Shown here piece after piece: positions 25,396-38,682 of a DNA stretch of 64,000 nucleotides (position 1 is the first letter of the stretch; every line of letters begins with the position of its first letter). The notes under the pieces were generated by a model, which did no database searches, was not told where the DNA came from, and saw only the letters and a list, made by a program, of their open reading frames with translations. A program made the position numbers and the translations under genes. This DNA is from Bispira polyomma (lineage: Eukaryota): NCBI GenBank assembly GCA_965649765.1, contig OZ287749.1, positions 65,844,001 through 65,908,000 of the forward strand, read 5' to 3'.

Positions 25396-26054
25396 GTTCA
25401 GCATGTGAAGTCTTCAGTATAAAGTCACTAAATATGTATAAAGTCACTTTATATGTATGCATTAATATTAAACCTATGTGTTTTACGACGTTGTTTTCCT
25501 ACCTTAAAAATTTGGGTCCAAATATTTTCACAAGAACCCTTTTTTCACTTCTATTTACATCCACAAATGAGGCTTCGTCACCTTTTGAATACTTTTATTT
25601 GGTGTTAACTTAAACACATCTGTATACACCTTAAAAAATCTGCTCGACATTGATTACATCTAATCAGTGAGCACTAAAACCATAGTTTGCCAAAGAGATT
25701 TAGATATTGGTTATATTTACGGCATATCTGTATTACATGTAGAAACGGAGCACTCCTGGTTATGGTTAGTTTTATAAGTCTGTTATTTTCGGCAAAATAA
25801 TTATATATACAATAATGTACGATAAATAGTTACTCGAGGGGTAAAAAGTTAATATCCCCCTGAAATAACATAATGAAACCGTATGTTAAAATGAAGCAAT
25901 ATATGCATATTATGTATGTATGTTTTTGTGCCAACCAATAGATTTGCATGACAAAATGACAAATGGTAAGATAATATGTTTGATAATAGTTTGAAACGAA
26001 GTTTTAGCAGATTAAGTTGATAGACGTTACAAGTACACTGAGTTTTCAATTAAG

Positions 26055-26211
26055 TTATAATCTATTGAGTTCCATCGCAACCTCTTCCTCAAAGCTTATT
26101 CCTTCTTCAAGCCGTTTCCTTTTCTCTTCTTCAATTTTCTTCTTTTCTATATCATTTTTCATCAGCTGCAGCTTCTTTTCTCTATTGGCCTTGTCTCCGT
26201 CAATCAGTTCC
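26055..26211 (-). CDS. LRRC74: LRRC74-like alternative terminal exon C
   Basis: tttcag|G GAA; ELIDGDKANREKKLQLMKNDIEKKKIEEEKRKRLEEGISFEEEVAMELNRL*. Confidence 0.8.
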
Positions 26212-26927
26212 CTGAAATATACACAGAGAAATACGGTGACATATCTATTTACGTTAATCTGTTCACTAAAATATATATAGGGTAAAAAATATGTTTCCAA
26301 ATAACAGGAACAGTGTTTGTTAAGTACTCGTTTCAATCAGTGCAAGAATCTGGAGACACAGCAGACTTTCAAAAACACATAGAGATTTCAATGTCGCGCT
26401 GTTTTGAATTATTTTGTTAACAATATGTTTAGCAGTTTAATTTTCATAGAACTCGCTAGGTGATATGAGCTGCAGTCACGAAAGAAGTAAAGAAAACTGT
26501 GGATCCAATATGACTGGCCTATTCGGGCTTCAATAAATAAAATGTATGTTCTGTTCATCTTAAAAAATTAAAGAAATAAATTGATTTTAATAAGTTATGG
26601 TTAGATAAATGAATATGATTGATTGTTGACTTGGTAGACATGACTAAATGCATTTCTACCAGTGATTTAAATACAAGATTCCACAACGCACGAGTTATTG
26701 TCATTCAGATTTGGTTAGTGACCACAGTTTAATTACACAGTGTTAAATACTATTTAAGTGTACATTAAAATATTCTGACTTAAAATCGTGGAGAATGTTA
26801 ATATCAGGTGTAGTAACATGAATAGCTACAATAAAATATTGCAAATTAGAAATAAAATACTCTTTAAGTTTATCGAATTTATACATAAAAAACAAAATGC
26901 TGGATAATGTAAGACATCACTGGACAA

Positions 26928-27491
26928 AACCAGTTTAGCCCTGTACCACATACATTAATAATACCAGTTTAACCCTGTACTAAATACATTAATAATACCA
27001 TTTAAGCCCTGTAACAAACACATTTATAATACCTGTTTAGCCCTGTACCAAATTAATTAATAATACCAGTTTAGCCCTGTACCAAATACATTAATAATAC
27101 CAACTAGTTTAACCCTGTACCAAACACATTTATAATACCAATTTAGTCCTGTACCAAATACATTTATAATACCAATTTACTTCTGTACCAAATGCATTAA
27201 TAATAACAATTTAGTCCTGTACCAAATACATTAATAATACCAGTTTAGCCCTGTACCAAATAAATTAATAATACCAACCAGTTTAACCCTGTACCAAACA
27301 TTTATAATACCAGTTTAGCCCTGTACTAAATACATTAATAATACCAGTTTAGCCATGTACCAAATACAGTAATAATACCAGTTCAGCCCTGTACCAAATA
27401 CAATAATAATAATAATAATACCAGTTTAGCCCTGTACCAAATACATTAATTATACCAACCAGTTTGACCCTGTACCAAACATTTATAATAC
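26928..27491. repeat. 34-bp minisatellite, left part
   Basis: Unit taccagtttagccctgtaccaaatacattaataa, about 16 copies. Confidence 0.95.
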
Positions 27492-29807
27492 TGTAACAGG
27501 CTAGACCAGAACTGGTTGAACCTAGATCAGAGATTATAAAGAATTAGGACTAAGTAGTATTTCCCAATGCTAGTTAAAACCAACCCAGCTCAGTATTCTT
27601 TAACCTTAAGATCACCAACTATGACTACGACCCCATAAAGGATAACCAGAACCAACGTAAATTCTCTTGTCTTCATATTTTCTCTATATGTTAGAAAAAT
27701 ATATCTATTATATATTTCATATTAACCAGAATTTCCTTTCAGGTATCTCGGCATATGCCAGTGTTAGACGGTGTACACTACGGTAATAGTGTAGACCTAA
27801 ACTATGCCTCAGTAATACCATATACTGGAAATCTTAGCCTATACCTCAGCATATTTCTAGTGATTTCACGGTGTGAACTATTTTCATAGTACAGATCTCA
27901 CTATGCCTCAGTGGTATAACTGGTTTCCTCCCAATATACTTTAGCAGTACATATGACATTTATTTTGGTATCTCGGCATTATAACATTAAATCACTTGAC
28001 TATTTTCATAGTCAGTATTTAACAATGCCTCAAACAATACCAAGACTGTGTTAACCGTCTCCGCTTACTATAAACTTTATCAACCTGTCTATTAAGTTAC
28101 AAAAAACAGGGTTGAGGTATAACAAATTAAAAGGCTAATTAGACATTCAGTTACTACTCTATTGGGAAATAATAAAGGAGATTAAATGAAAAGTAACACT
28201 TTCATTTATTAATATTCACAAGGATATACACAGAGAATATATAACAATAAAATTAGTGCCAGAATTAAACCACAAAGAGTGCAAATAATGTTCTGCACGC
28301 TATTAGAAAAGCATAAGCCACCAAATTATGTGCATTAAAAAGTGCATCAAACAAGCCCCATTCTACTCCTCAACATAAACTACATAAGATCTACACTAGC
28401 CACAACAGTTAATATATAAGCAAAGACATTCCAAACTAAGTTAGCTGAACTAATGCCCATCAGCAATAAAATAAATAAACATCCAGAATGAAATACTGTG
28501 TACATACTCAGGACAGGGCCACACCCCCCAATCTGGTAATCTTATAGGACAAAATACCCAACCCCTTTACATGACAATCAAGTACAAACTGATTAAGCTT
28601 TTCCATGACCTTATTACTGTTTATTTACAGCACAGCATGCTAAAGTTTATAAATAAACATTACCATGCTGCAATTTACAAGCAAATTTTGTATCTAAATA
28701 GCCCAGTTATATTTCTCAAATTTAATCAAGTGTCTTATGAAAGACTACATGTCCCCATTGACCTCCTGTAAAAACAACTGTCTGACCCATAAAAGCAGGG
28801 GGATAAAACAAGGGGGACATGAGGGACTCAAAGAAGGGGGACATGGGGGGGACATTTCGTGGGGGGACCCCTCCCCCTTTTTATCTTAAACATATACATT
28901 TTCCCATCCCCACTCCTAATCACTCCTTATAGCAAAAGTATTTGAGGAAATACATACTTTTCGTACTATTTAATTCCTGTAGTTTTAACAACTATTTCAT
29001 TCTTCTTTTCTTTCCTGATAAATTATAACTTTCTTCCCTCCTTCTTCACGGTTCACTTTTAGCAAGGGAACCCCCCGGAAAGGTAAACATGGTACTTATA
29101 TAGACAAAATTAATTTATGTTAAATCACTACACTGTGAATAGGCTGACATGCTCAGTGGAGCTCAAGTATATAGTTTTCAAACTACACACAACCTTTCAT
29201 AAGAAATAAAATAAATCATCTCTAATTACTAATACTACAGTATAAAACATGTTTTAAAATAGAAAGATTCACTAAATATAGTGAAATAATTACACTTTAC
29301 TGAGAACTACTTAACAGGTTCTCTTTCATATATGGATAATATATTCAGAAATTACTACACCTGACATACTTCCTGTAAAGGTCATTGAGTGACATTATGT
29401 AAAATATAAAATGACCTGTTACCTATTTAAATCTAAAACATACACACTTAGAAACATATAAAATAAAATGTCCTGTCAGTATTTTTAAAAAATACCATTG
29501 TAAAACCACTACACAATTATCAACTTCCTGGAACTGTATTTTTATATTCATACAGTGCAGCGTGATGCACCCAAATAAAACACATGAAACTCCTGTCAAA
29601 TAAATCAATTAAAATGATGTGGAATTTTAGCTGTAATACTTGAATTTAGGATATAATAATAATCTCAAAATGTGTTTAACCAAAGGATATTTACTTTAGG
29701 ATAATTTAAGGTGAGTATCATAATGATTTGAGTTGTAATTTTGACTTTAATGGGCGATAATCAAGGATACTTGCACTCGCGAATTTGGTACAGTATTTTT
29801 CTTTATA
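27492..29807 (-). repeat. 3' LTR of the Gypsy element
   Basis: Direct repeat of 35628-37923, starts tgtaacagg on plus strand. Confidence 0.95.
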
Positions 29808-29889
29808 ATACACCCTACTTCGGGAATGTAGCGTCCCACACATTCACAACATTAAATAATGAGCAACATACTCAAATGAGTAAAACTGT

Positions 29890-30871
29890 TTAATCTAAGC
29901 TAATAAAACTTTCATCAGAACTACTACTACTACAACTACTACTACTACTGCTACTACTAATTGTTCTTTGCCTCTTGCTTATATGATGTTCGAGGACCTC
30001 AGCTGCAACTTCATCTTCTGTAATGTAGTCGCTTGTGCCAACGGCCACTTCACAACTCTCCTTCCTTGACTCCATCATTCCCTGGTTCTGGTAGCACTTC
30101 ACACATTTTATCTTGGTCGTGGTCTCCGATCCTTCAGGTGACTTGTATTCTACAACTTCAACTATTGGGTATGGGACTCCATGCCGACAGGTATCCCGAG
30201 CACCTTGAATAGCTATCTGAACTACTCGCTTCTTGAAAGAAGGATCTCTCAGGTCGGTGAGATGGTAGCCAACCTGTCTCTCCAGTGGGATGTCTTTTGG
30301 TTTTCTGATAAATACCCTCCTAGTTTCCTTCACGGGGGACGATGGTGCAGGCTCACAGTTGCTGGCTTTAGGAGCTATCTCAGCTGTCGCTGGACTAGTA
30401 TTTATTGGTAACCCGGGAGTTGGATGGTAGACCTCGTCTAATTCAGGAAAGGAGCCATCTACATTCATGGGCTCATAACCCTCTGCTGCTTGAAATAGAT
30501 CAACCCCCCTTTAGTATCTCTTTGCATTGTTTAGCTACTGACGGGGACATCTTTAGTGGTGAAACGTTTGTGTCCATTTCCTGAAGAGGTATGCCTTTCT
30601 GCTTCTTCCGCGTTACCTTAACCCTTGAGCCATTTACTGTCCCAATTTGTTCCTTGTTGTGGGCATAATATGCGTACTCTGTTAGATGCTTGACTTTGAT
30701 GTGCTCTTCAATGAGCGCATCAATGCGGGTGCGGCACACCATCTTACATACTGGACACTCGTACTTGTTGTCACCGTGCCTTTCCCTCTTGTGCCTCTTC
30801 ATACTGGAACGGCTGCTAAATTGTGACCCTGTCCTCAATATCATCCTCGGTGGATGATTCAGTGTGCACAC
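29890..30871 (-). pseudogene. Extra ORF3 of the Gypsy element: C2H2 zinc fingers, Cys-motif domain, poly-Ser tail; one homopolymer frameshift
   Basis: ORFs 30500..30871 (FSSRSSMKRHKRERH; YECPVC...EHIKVKH) and 29890..30468 (CRH...CVKC, S-rich end) join if the G6 run at 30504-30509 loses one base. Confidence 0.65.
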
Positions 30872-33800
30872 TAATCAGGTGTGGAATCCTTCGGGATTCC
30901 CCACCTACTTCATGGTGACTTGATACTTGACTAAGTCGGTCACCATTCCCCGAACTTGAGTCAGTTGATGACAAGAAATTTAGTTTTGTCCGTCCTTTGT
31001 AGGGTTTGAGCCTGTTAAAGTGAACTACCAAAGCCCTTGACCTAGGCTTAGTAATTCCATATACCACCTCACTGTACCTTGTAATTACCTTGTATGGCCC
31101 CTGCCATTTCCCTTGTAATTTTGGTGAAAGTCCCTTTTTCCTAGCTGTTACTGATAACCATACCAGATCCCCAACCTTGTAAGCTTTTTCGCAATTTTCC
31201 TGTCATAAAGTCGCTTTTGCCTTTCGGCACTCAACCTTAAATGATCCCTGGCTATTTGGATGCTCTCCTCCATTCTAGTCCTTAACTGGCTAACATATTC
31301 TGAGGCATCTATGTCATGCTGATTTGGTGGTCTTCCCAATAGTAGATCAATTGGAAGGGTAGCTTCTCTTCCAAACACCATTTTGTAAGGTGATATCCTA
31401 GTACTTTCCTGTGGTGTTGACCTGTATGCTAACATCAAGAAGGGTATGTGAACATCCCAGTCATGTTGATCTCCTGAGACAAAATGACTAATCATCGTTT
31501 CCAGGGTACGGTTAAATCTTTCTACCATACCATTGGAGCTTGGATGGTATCCTGTTGTCCTGGTTTTATCTATTCCTAACATTTCACACAGTCCCGTAAA
31601 TACCTCTGACTCGAACTGTGACCCCTGATCTGACATAATTTCATATGGCATTCCAAAAGTGCAAATGAAACGTTCCATAAATTTCCTGGCAACTGTCCTG
31701 GCCTCCTGATTTGGCATTGGTATGGCCTCTGTCCACCAGAATGTACTGATTCCCTCTCCTGCTTCGTGGAAGTGGCCCCAAAATATCAATACTGACCCTC
31801 TCAAATGGACATCCACTTACGAATTTCTTCAGTGGGGCTGTTCTTTTCTTTGAAGGTCCTTTTCTTGCTGCACATGTATCACATTGCTTACACCACCTCT
31901 CAACAGAATCCCTGTATCTGTACCAGAAAAATCTTTCCTTTACTCTGTCGTATGTCTTCTGTTCTCCTAAATGTCCTGATGTTATCGAATTGTGCATTTG
32001 TTTCATGATTTCTTCCTTTAAACACTCAGGTACTACTAACTTCTTTATTTTCTTTCCTTTTCTTGCTTCCCAAATGAAGTACAGAACACCATTATCTAGT
32101 GTAAGGTGATCCCATTTACTCCAATAAGCTTTTAGCTCCTCTCCTTCCATTGATATTGTCTCCCATGCTGGCCTTTGATCTGATACTTCTTTCCACTCCG
32201 TGACCTTTCTCAATACAATATCCTCCAATAGCCATTTTCTAAGGTCACTGACGTCCCATGGTACTATCCATGCACCACTACTGCCCACTGTCTGTACCAA
32301 CACTTCTGGCCTGTGCCGTCCACACTGCCTGCATGGAATTCTCGATAGAGCATCTGCATTTTCATGCTTCTTTCCTGGATGATGCTGAATTTCAAAATCA
32401 AGTGGTGCTAAAATCTCCAGCCATCTTGCCATCTGTCCGTCAAGGTTTTTAAAATTTATCAACCACCGAAGTGAACCATGATCGGTGCGTACCAGAAACT
32501 TTATGCCAAGCAAGTAGTGTCTAAAATGCTTCACCAAATAAACTACAGAGCATAATTCTTTCCTTGTGACGCAGTAATTTCTTTCACTTCTTGAAAATGT
32601 TTTACTTCCATATGCAATCACTCGCTCCTGTCCGTCCTGTACCTGGCTTAGTACTGCTCCCATAGCCACATCTAATGCATCCGTGTCTAGTATAAACGGG
32701 TCCTTTGTGGTTGGATATGCTAACACTGGCGTGCTTGTTAACCTCCTTTTAAGCTCTAAAAATGCTGTCTGACACTTTTCGCTCCACAAAAACGCTGTTC
32801 CTTTCTCAGTGAGCCTGTGCAGTGGTTTAGCAATCTCTGAAAATGACTGTATAAACTTTCTGTAGTAGGCACAGATCCCAATAAGACTCCTTACCTGGCT
32901 TACTGAAGCAGGAGTTGGCCATTCTTTGATTGCTCTTGTCTTTTCTGAGTCAGTTGAAATTCCATCCTTTGAAACTATATGCCCCAAAAATGGTACCTTC
33001 TGTTGAAATAGGACACACTTCTTTGATTTCAGTGTAAGGCCAGATTCACGTAATTTTTGAAATACTAATCTGAGCCTCTCCAAACCTTGTTCAAAACTTA
33101 TACTAAATGAGATGATAACATCAAGATACAGAAGTAGCTCTTTCCACTGCAAACCTGCAAAGATGGTTTCCATTAGCCTCTGAAAAGTAGCTGTTCCATT
33201 TGCTAGACCAAAAGGTAGAACCTTATACTGGTACAGGCCATGTCTTTCGGTAGCAAAATCTGTCTTTTCCTTATCACTGGGATCCATTTCGATCTGGTTA
33301 TATCCACTGGCCAAATCTAGTGTAGGAAAGTACTTTGCTCCTGACAAATGGTCCAGGCTCGTTTGAACTGAAGGTACGCTGTAGGAGTCTTTCCTAGATA
33401 CATCATTAACGCGGCGAAAATCAATACATGTCCTCAAACTGTTATCCTTTTTGCGTACTAAGACTATTGGTGAACACCATGGACTGTCTGATGGTTCTAT
33501 CAATTCTTTAGCTATCATGTCTTCCATAGCTTTATCTACTTCTCTTAAATGGATCGGGACTGGCCTCGGTCTTTGCCGTATTGGTGCAGCATTTCCTGTA
33601 TCAATCTTGTGCCTAACTAAGCTAGTCCTTCCTTTTTGGCCCTTTCCATCTACAAATATGTCCTGGTACTGCTTGATTAACTCTTCCAGCTCCTCAGTCT
33701 GTAGAACTCCTTACAAGCAAGTCCTGTATATGATCCGGAATCTCTGTGCTCTGTGTAGTCACTTCTGAAGTGGTCAGTTGATTTATTAGCGTCCTTGGTT

Positions 33801-34530
33801 GTTGGTCCTTTTCAAGTATGTCAATGACTGGATGTCCAATTGCTACTGTTGTGCCTTTTCTGAGTAGGACTTCTTCATGTATTGTGTTCCAAACTCTGAC
33901 TGGAATGTGACCTGTAGTTACATCAACCAATGACCTGGCCACCAAGACCCCGCTCCTTTCTGCCAGCAAAGAGGTGCCCTCTAACATGTTATGTGGTGCT
34001 AACTTACCCTTCTTGTTGACCTTGGCCTGTATAATAGTCTCTTCTAGTGGTCTGAGCTTTTCGTTTTCCTGTATTACTATCTGACAACATTGGACCTCCA
34101 TATTTCCGTCCACATTTACTGTGACTTTGTGACCATCTAGGATAATTTCTGATTTTGCTATGTCCAGTTTACAGTTGTGGTTCATCATGAAATCCATTCC
34201 TAGAATTCCTTCAACTTTTATATCTGCAACAATTATTGTATGTTCTATCAGGTTCCTGCCAAAATCCATGGATCCTGGATACTTCAAATTCCTGTCCATC
34301 TGCAAGCCAAATTCCATATGGTAAATTGTCCAACTTAAAACTACAGTTTTTATTTACATGCTTATATAATTGTTTGGACAACAGTGTAACGGCTGAACCT
34401 GTGTCAAGCAAAAAATTGACACTTAATCCACCTACTTTCCCCTTTATACTAATTCCATTCTCACCAGGCACTGCCAAAACTTTGTGAGGCCGATTATTAC
34501 TTTGGACTGGTTCCTGGCCTAAGGAATCAG
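30816..34530 (-). pseudogene. pol: Gypsy Pol (protease, RT, RNase H, integrase, GPY domain), disrupted
   Basis: FLLDTGS; WCSPIVLV, LDLASGY, LPFGL, YLDV (catalytic YLDD mutated); LDTDA, TDHGSL, ADALSR; HHCC zinc finger; SIDILG, SDQG, VERFNRT; WQGPYKV; several frameshifts and a deletion in the integrase. Confidence 0.93.
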
Positions 34531-34594
34531 CCCGTCCTAGTTTGACACTTTAAATTTTTCTCATTTTTCTCCAGCGGGTTTGAACCCAAACCCG

Positions 34595-35623
34595 TCACCC
34601 TTTTTTTTCCATTTTGCAGTCTCTACGGCTATGACCAGTGTTGCTACAATTCCAACATCTGAAGTTTTCGGAACTCCTTGGTCTCCTAGTTCTTAGTTCC
34701 TGTATTTCCTCCTTTAAAGTGCCCACTGCTTGACTCAGTGACTGCATCATTTCCTTTATTTGTGCTCCAAATTCCTGTCCCAATGGTGCCTTGGTAGTAC
34801 CTATGTCAGTGGTAATTTCCCGTACCATTTTTCTGCTGTTATTATTGCCACGGTGCTTTTCTGCCAACTGAAAAACCTCCATTTCTACAGCAACTCCCAC
34901 TGCTTGGTCCAGATTGGCTCCTTTTGACTGGAATATCCTGAATCTCATCTCGGCATCATTCAAAGCATCAACAAAGTGGTCTTTGCATAGCATCTCCAGT
35001 AAGGTTCCCTTAGCGTCTGGGTATGCCTTAATTGCAAGATTCCTAATAGTCTGTGCCAGCTGAGGAATGGACTCCTTCTCTTTCCTTGTGTAGTTCCTAA
35101 GTTGAATCCGATAAAGCTCCGTCTTATCACCAGGGTTAAACCTGCGTCCAAGTGCTTCCACAAAAGTATTAAAATCCCACCTTGCTTCTTCCGGAAGAGA
35201 TGGCAGCATTTTACATGCCTGGCCCCTGAGACTGACAGCTAAGTACTGCTGCTTTTCCCTTAAAGTCCACCCATTGAGTTCAGCCACCACATTAAAATGT
35301 GTCAAGTAGTCTCCCCAAGACCCACTGCCGTCATACAAATCAGGCATAACCTTGACCCTTGACCCAGTTTTCCTACTGCCAACCCTATGATGATCCCCTG
35401 CAAATAAGCTTTGCCCATGCATGGCTGCATCACCCTGATATCCCCTGTTGCCATCCTGCTGCATTCCTCTCAGTGCCTCTGCTGCCCCTAAATCATGCCT
35501 GGGCCTAGAATGACCACCATGTCCTGCTCCTTCAGTCAGATCCTCCCTATCACCAACCTCTGATCCTGTCTCTACCACATCCATGTTCCTAAGACTGTTT
35601 AGAGATCCCACATCTGACACCAA
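34595..35623 (-). CDS. gag: Gypsy Gag with CCHC zinc knuckle
   Basis: YDGSGSWGDYLTHF, LAVSLRGQA, ESIPQLA, CWNCSNTGHSRRDC; open 342-codon ORF (first ATG at ~35584). Confidence 0.9.
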   Translation of the reverse strand: MVSDVGSLNSLRNMDVVETGSEVGDREDLTEGAGHGGHSRPRHDLGAAEALRGMQQDGNRGYQGDAAMHGQSLFAGDHHRVGSRKTGSRVKVMPDLYDGSGSWGDYLTHFNVVAELNGWTLREKQQYLAVSLRGQACKMLPSLPEEARWDFNTFVEALGRRFNPGDKTELYRIQLRNYTRKEKESIPQLAQTIRNLAIKAYPDAKGTLLEMLCKDHFVDALNDAEMRFRIFQSKGANLDQAVGVAVEMEVFQLAEKHRGNNNSRKMVREITTDIGTTKAPLGQEFGAQIKEMMQSLSQAVGTLKEEIQELRTRRPRSSENFRCWNCSNTGHSRRDCKMEKKG

Positions 35624-35627
35624 AAAT

Positions 35628-37923
35628 TGTAACAGGCCAAACCAGAACTGGTTGAACCTAGATCAGAGATTATAAAGAATTAGGACTAAGTAGTATTTCC
35701 CAATGCTAGTTAAAACCAACCCAGCTCAGTATTCTTAAACCTTAAGATCACCAACTATGACTACGACCCCATAAAGGATAACCAGAACCAACGTAAATTC
35801 TCTTGTCTTCATATTTCTCTATATGTTAGAAAAATATATCTATTATATATTTCATATTAACCAGAATTTCCTTTCAGGTATCTCGGCATATGCCAGTGTT
35901 AGACGGTGTACACTACGGTAATAGTGTAGACCTAAACTGTGCCTCAGCAATACCATATACTGGAAATCTTAGCCTATACCTCAGCATATTTCTAGTGATT
36001 TCACGGGTGAACTATTTTCATAGTACAGATCTCACTATGCCTCAGTGGTATAACTGGTTTCCTCCCAATATACTTTAGCAGTACATATGACATTTATTTT
36101 GGTATCTCGGCATTATAACATTAAATCACTTGACTATTTTCATAGTCAGTATTTAACAATGCCTCAAACAATACCAAGACTGTGTTAACCGTCTCCGCTT
36201 ACTATAAACTTTATCAACCTGTCTATTAAGTTCAAAAAACAGGGTTGAGGTATAACAAAATTAAAAGGCTAATTAGACATTCAGTTACTACTCTATTGGG
36301 AAATAATAAAGGAGATTAAATGAAAAGTAACACTTACATTTATTAATATTCACAAGGATATACACAGAGAATATATAACAATAAAATTAGTGCCAGAATT
36401 AAACTACAAAGAGTGCAAATAATGTTCTGCATGCTGTTAGAAAAGCATAAGCCACCAAATTATGTGCATTAAAAAGTGCATCAAACAAGCCCCATTCTAC
36501 TCCTCAACATAAACTACATAAGATCTACACTAGCCACAACAGTTAATATATAAGCAAAGACATTCCAAACTAAGTTAGCTGAACTAATGCCCATCAGCAA
36601 TAAAATAAATAAACATCCAGAATGAAATACTGTGTACATACTCAGGACAGGGCCACACCCCCCAATCTGGTAATCTTATAGGACAAAATACCCAACCCCT
36701 TTACATGACAATCAAATACAAACTAATTAAGCTTTTCCATGACCTTATTACTGTTTATTTACAGCACAGCATGCTAAAGTTTATAAATAAACATTACCAT
36801 GCTGCAATTTACAAGCAAATTTTGTATTTAAATAGCGCAGTTATATTTCTCTAATTTAATCAAGTGTCTTATGAAAGACTACATGTCCCCATTGACCTCC
36901 TGTAAAAACAACTGTCTGACCCATAAAAGCAGGGGGATAAAACAAGGGGGACATGGGGGACTCAAAGAAGGGGGACATGGGGGGGACATTTCGTGGGGGG
37001 ACCCCTCCCCCTTTTTATCTTAAACATATACATTTTCCCATCCCCACTCCTAATCACTCCTTATAGCAAAAGTATTTGAGGAAGTTTTAACAACTATTTC
37101 GTTCTTCTTTTCTTTCCTGATAAATTATAACTTTCTTCCCTCCTTCTTCACGGTTCACTTTTAGCAAGGGAACCCTCCCCCCCCCCCCCCCCCCCAAAGG
37201 TAAACATGTTACTTATATAGAAAAAATTAATTTATGTTAAATCACTACACTGTGAATAGGCTGACATGCTCAGTGGAGCACAAGTATATAGTTTTCAAAC
37301 TACACACAACCTTTCATAAGAAATAAAATAAATCATCTCTAATTACTAATACTACAGTATAAAACATGTTTTAAAATAGAAATATTCACTAAATATAGTG
37401 AAATAATTACACTTTACTGAGAACTACTTAACAGGTTCTCTTTCATATATGGATAATATATTCAGAATTTACTACACCTGACATACTTCCTGTGAAGGTC
37501 ATTGAGTTACATTATGTAAAATATAAAATGACCTGTTACCTATTTAAATCTAAAACATACATACTAGAAACATATAAAATAAAATGTCCTGTCAGTATTT
37601 TTGAAAAAGTACCATAGTAAAACTACTACACAATTATCAACTTCCTGGAACTGTATTTTTATATTCATACAGTGCAGCGTGATGCACCCAAATAAAACAC
37701 ATGAAACTCCTGTCAAATAAATCAAATAAAATGATGTGGAATTTTAGCTGTAATACTTGAATTTAGGATATAATAATAATCTCACAATGTTTTAACCAAA
37801 GGATATTTACTTTAGGATAATTTAAGGTGAGTATCATAATGATTTGAGTTGTAATTTTGACTTTAATGGGCGATAATCAAGGATACTTGTGCTCGCGAAT
37901 TTGGTACAGTATTTTTCTTTATA
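35628..37923 (-). repeat. 5' LTR of the Gypsy element
   Basis: Adjacent to PBS; differs from the 3' LTR by scattered substitutions, small indels and a 32-bp deletion near 37082. Confidence 0.95.
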
Positions 37924-38310
37924 ATACCAGTTTAGCCATGTACCAAACACATTTATAATACCAGTTTAGCCCTGTACCAAATTAATTAATAATACCAACT
38001 AGTTTAACCCTGTACCAAACACATTTACCCACTAGTTTAACCCTGTACCAAAAACATTTATAATACCAATTTAGTCCTGTACCAAATACATTTATAATAC
38101 CAATTTAGTTCTGTACCAAATACATTAATAATAACCGCTTAGCCCTGTAATAAATACATTAATAATACCAGTTTAGCCCTGTACCAAATACAGTAATAAT
38201 ACCAGTTCAGCCCTGTACCAAATACAATAATAATAATACCAGTTAAGACCTGTACGAAATATCCAAATACATTTTTAATACCAGTTTAATCATATACCAA
38301 ATACATCAAT
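37924..38310. repeat. 34-bp minisatellite, right part (same array split by the Gypsy element)
   Basis: Same unit resumes in register after the LTR. Confidence 0.95.
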
Positions 38311-38312
38311 AA

Positions 38313-38628
38313 GCCTAGGCTTCCTTACAGCATATTTCTCTCGACCAACTTTATCAGTCATTGCTTAATATTACCAAGTGCTTCCTTTCAACATATTTGC
38401 TGCAGAGCAGATCAGATGCTGGCAGATGTCTGTTGCCCCAACATAATTTATCAATTGGGAAGCGAAAAAAGGGACGTCAGTCTAATTTTTGAACCAAAAT
38501 TTGGAATAAAAAATTATCACACCATTTTACATAGTACTTATCGAATGAAAGGAAGCCCTACATCAGCTGATGTCGCTCTAATTTAATAAATTGGCCGACG
38601 TCGAGATTGACTGAGAGGAAGCCCGGGC
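38313..38628. mobile_element. PIF/Harbinger-type MITE just downstream of terminal exon B
   Basis: TIRs gcctaggcttcct / aggaagcccgggc; TAA TSD; related to 60445-61142. Confidence 0.75.
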
Positions 38629-38682
38629 TAAGACAATTAGAGTGCCTAAATATGAAGTTCCACAATATCATTTGTGTTCTGT

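Larger units (their letters stand above)
27492..37923 (-). mobile_element. Full-length, decayed Ty3/Gypsy LTR retrotransposon (10.4 kb)
   Basis: Two near-identical ~2.3-kb LTRs; PBS TGGTGTCAGATGTGGGAT (35622-35605, tRNA-Leu type); purine-rich tract GAAGTAGGG at ~29813-29821; gag then PR-RT-RH-IN order; probable 4-bp TSD atac. Confidence 0.96.

Noticed and set aside
26928-27491. Regular 34-bp repeat array as a CRISPR-like locus
   Set aside because: Head-to-tail units with no unique spacers, eukaryotic context, no cas genes: a minisatellite
29808-35627. Gypsy copy mobilised in trans while already defective (many lesions versus similar LTRs)
   Set aside because: The two LTRs also differ by several indels, so lesion density inside is compatible with neutral decay after insertion
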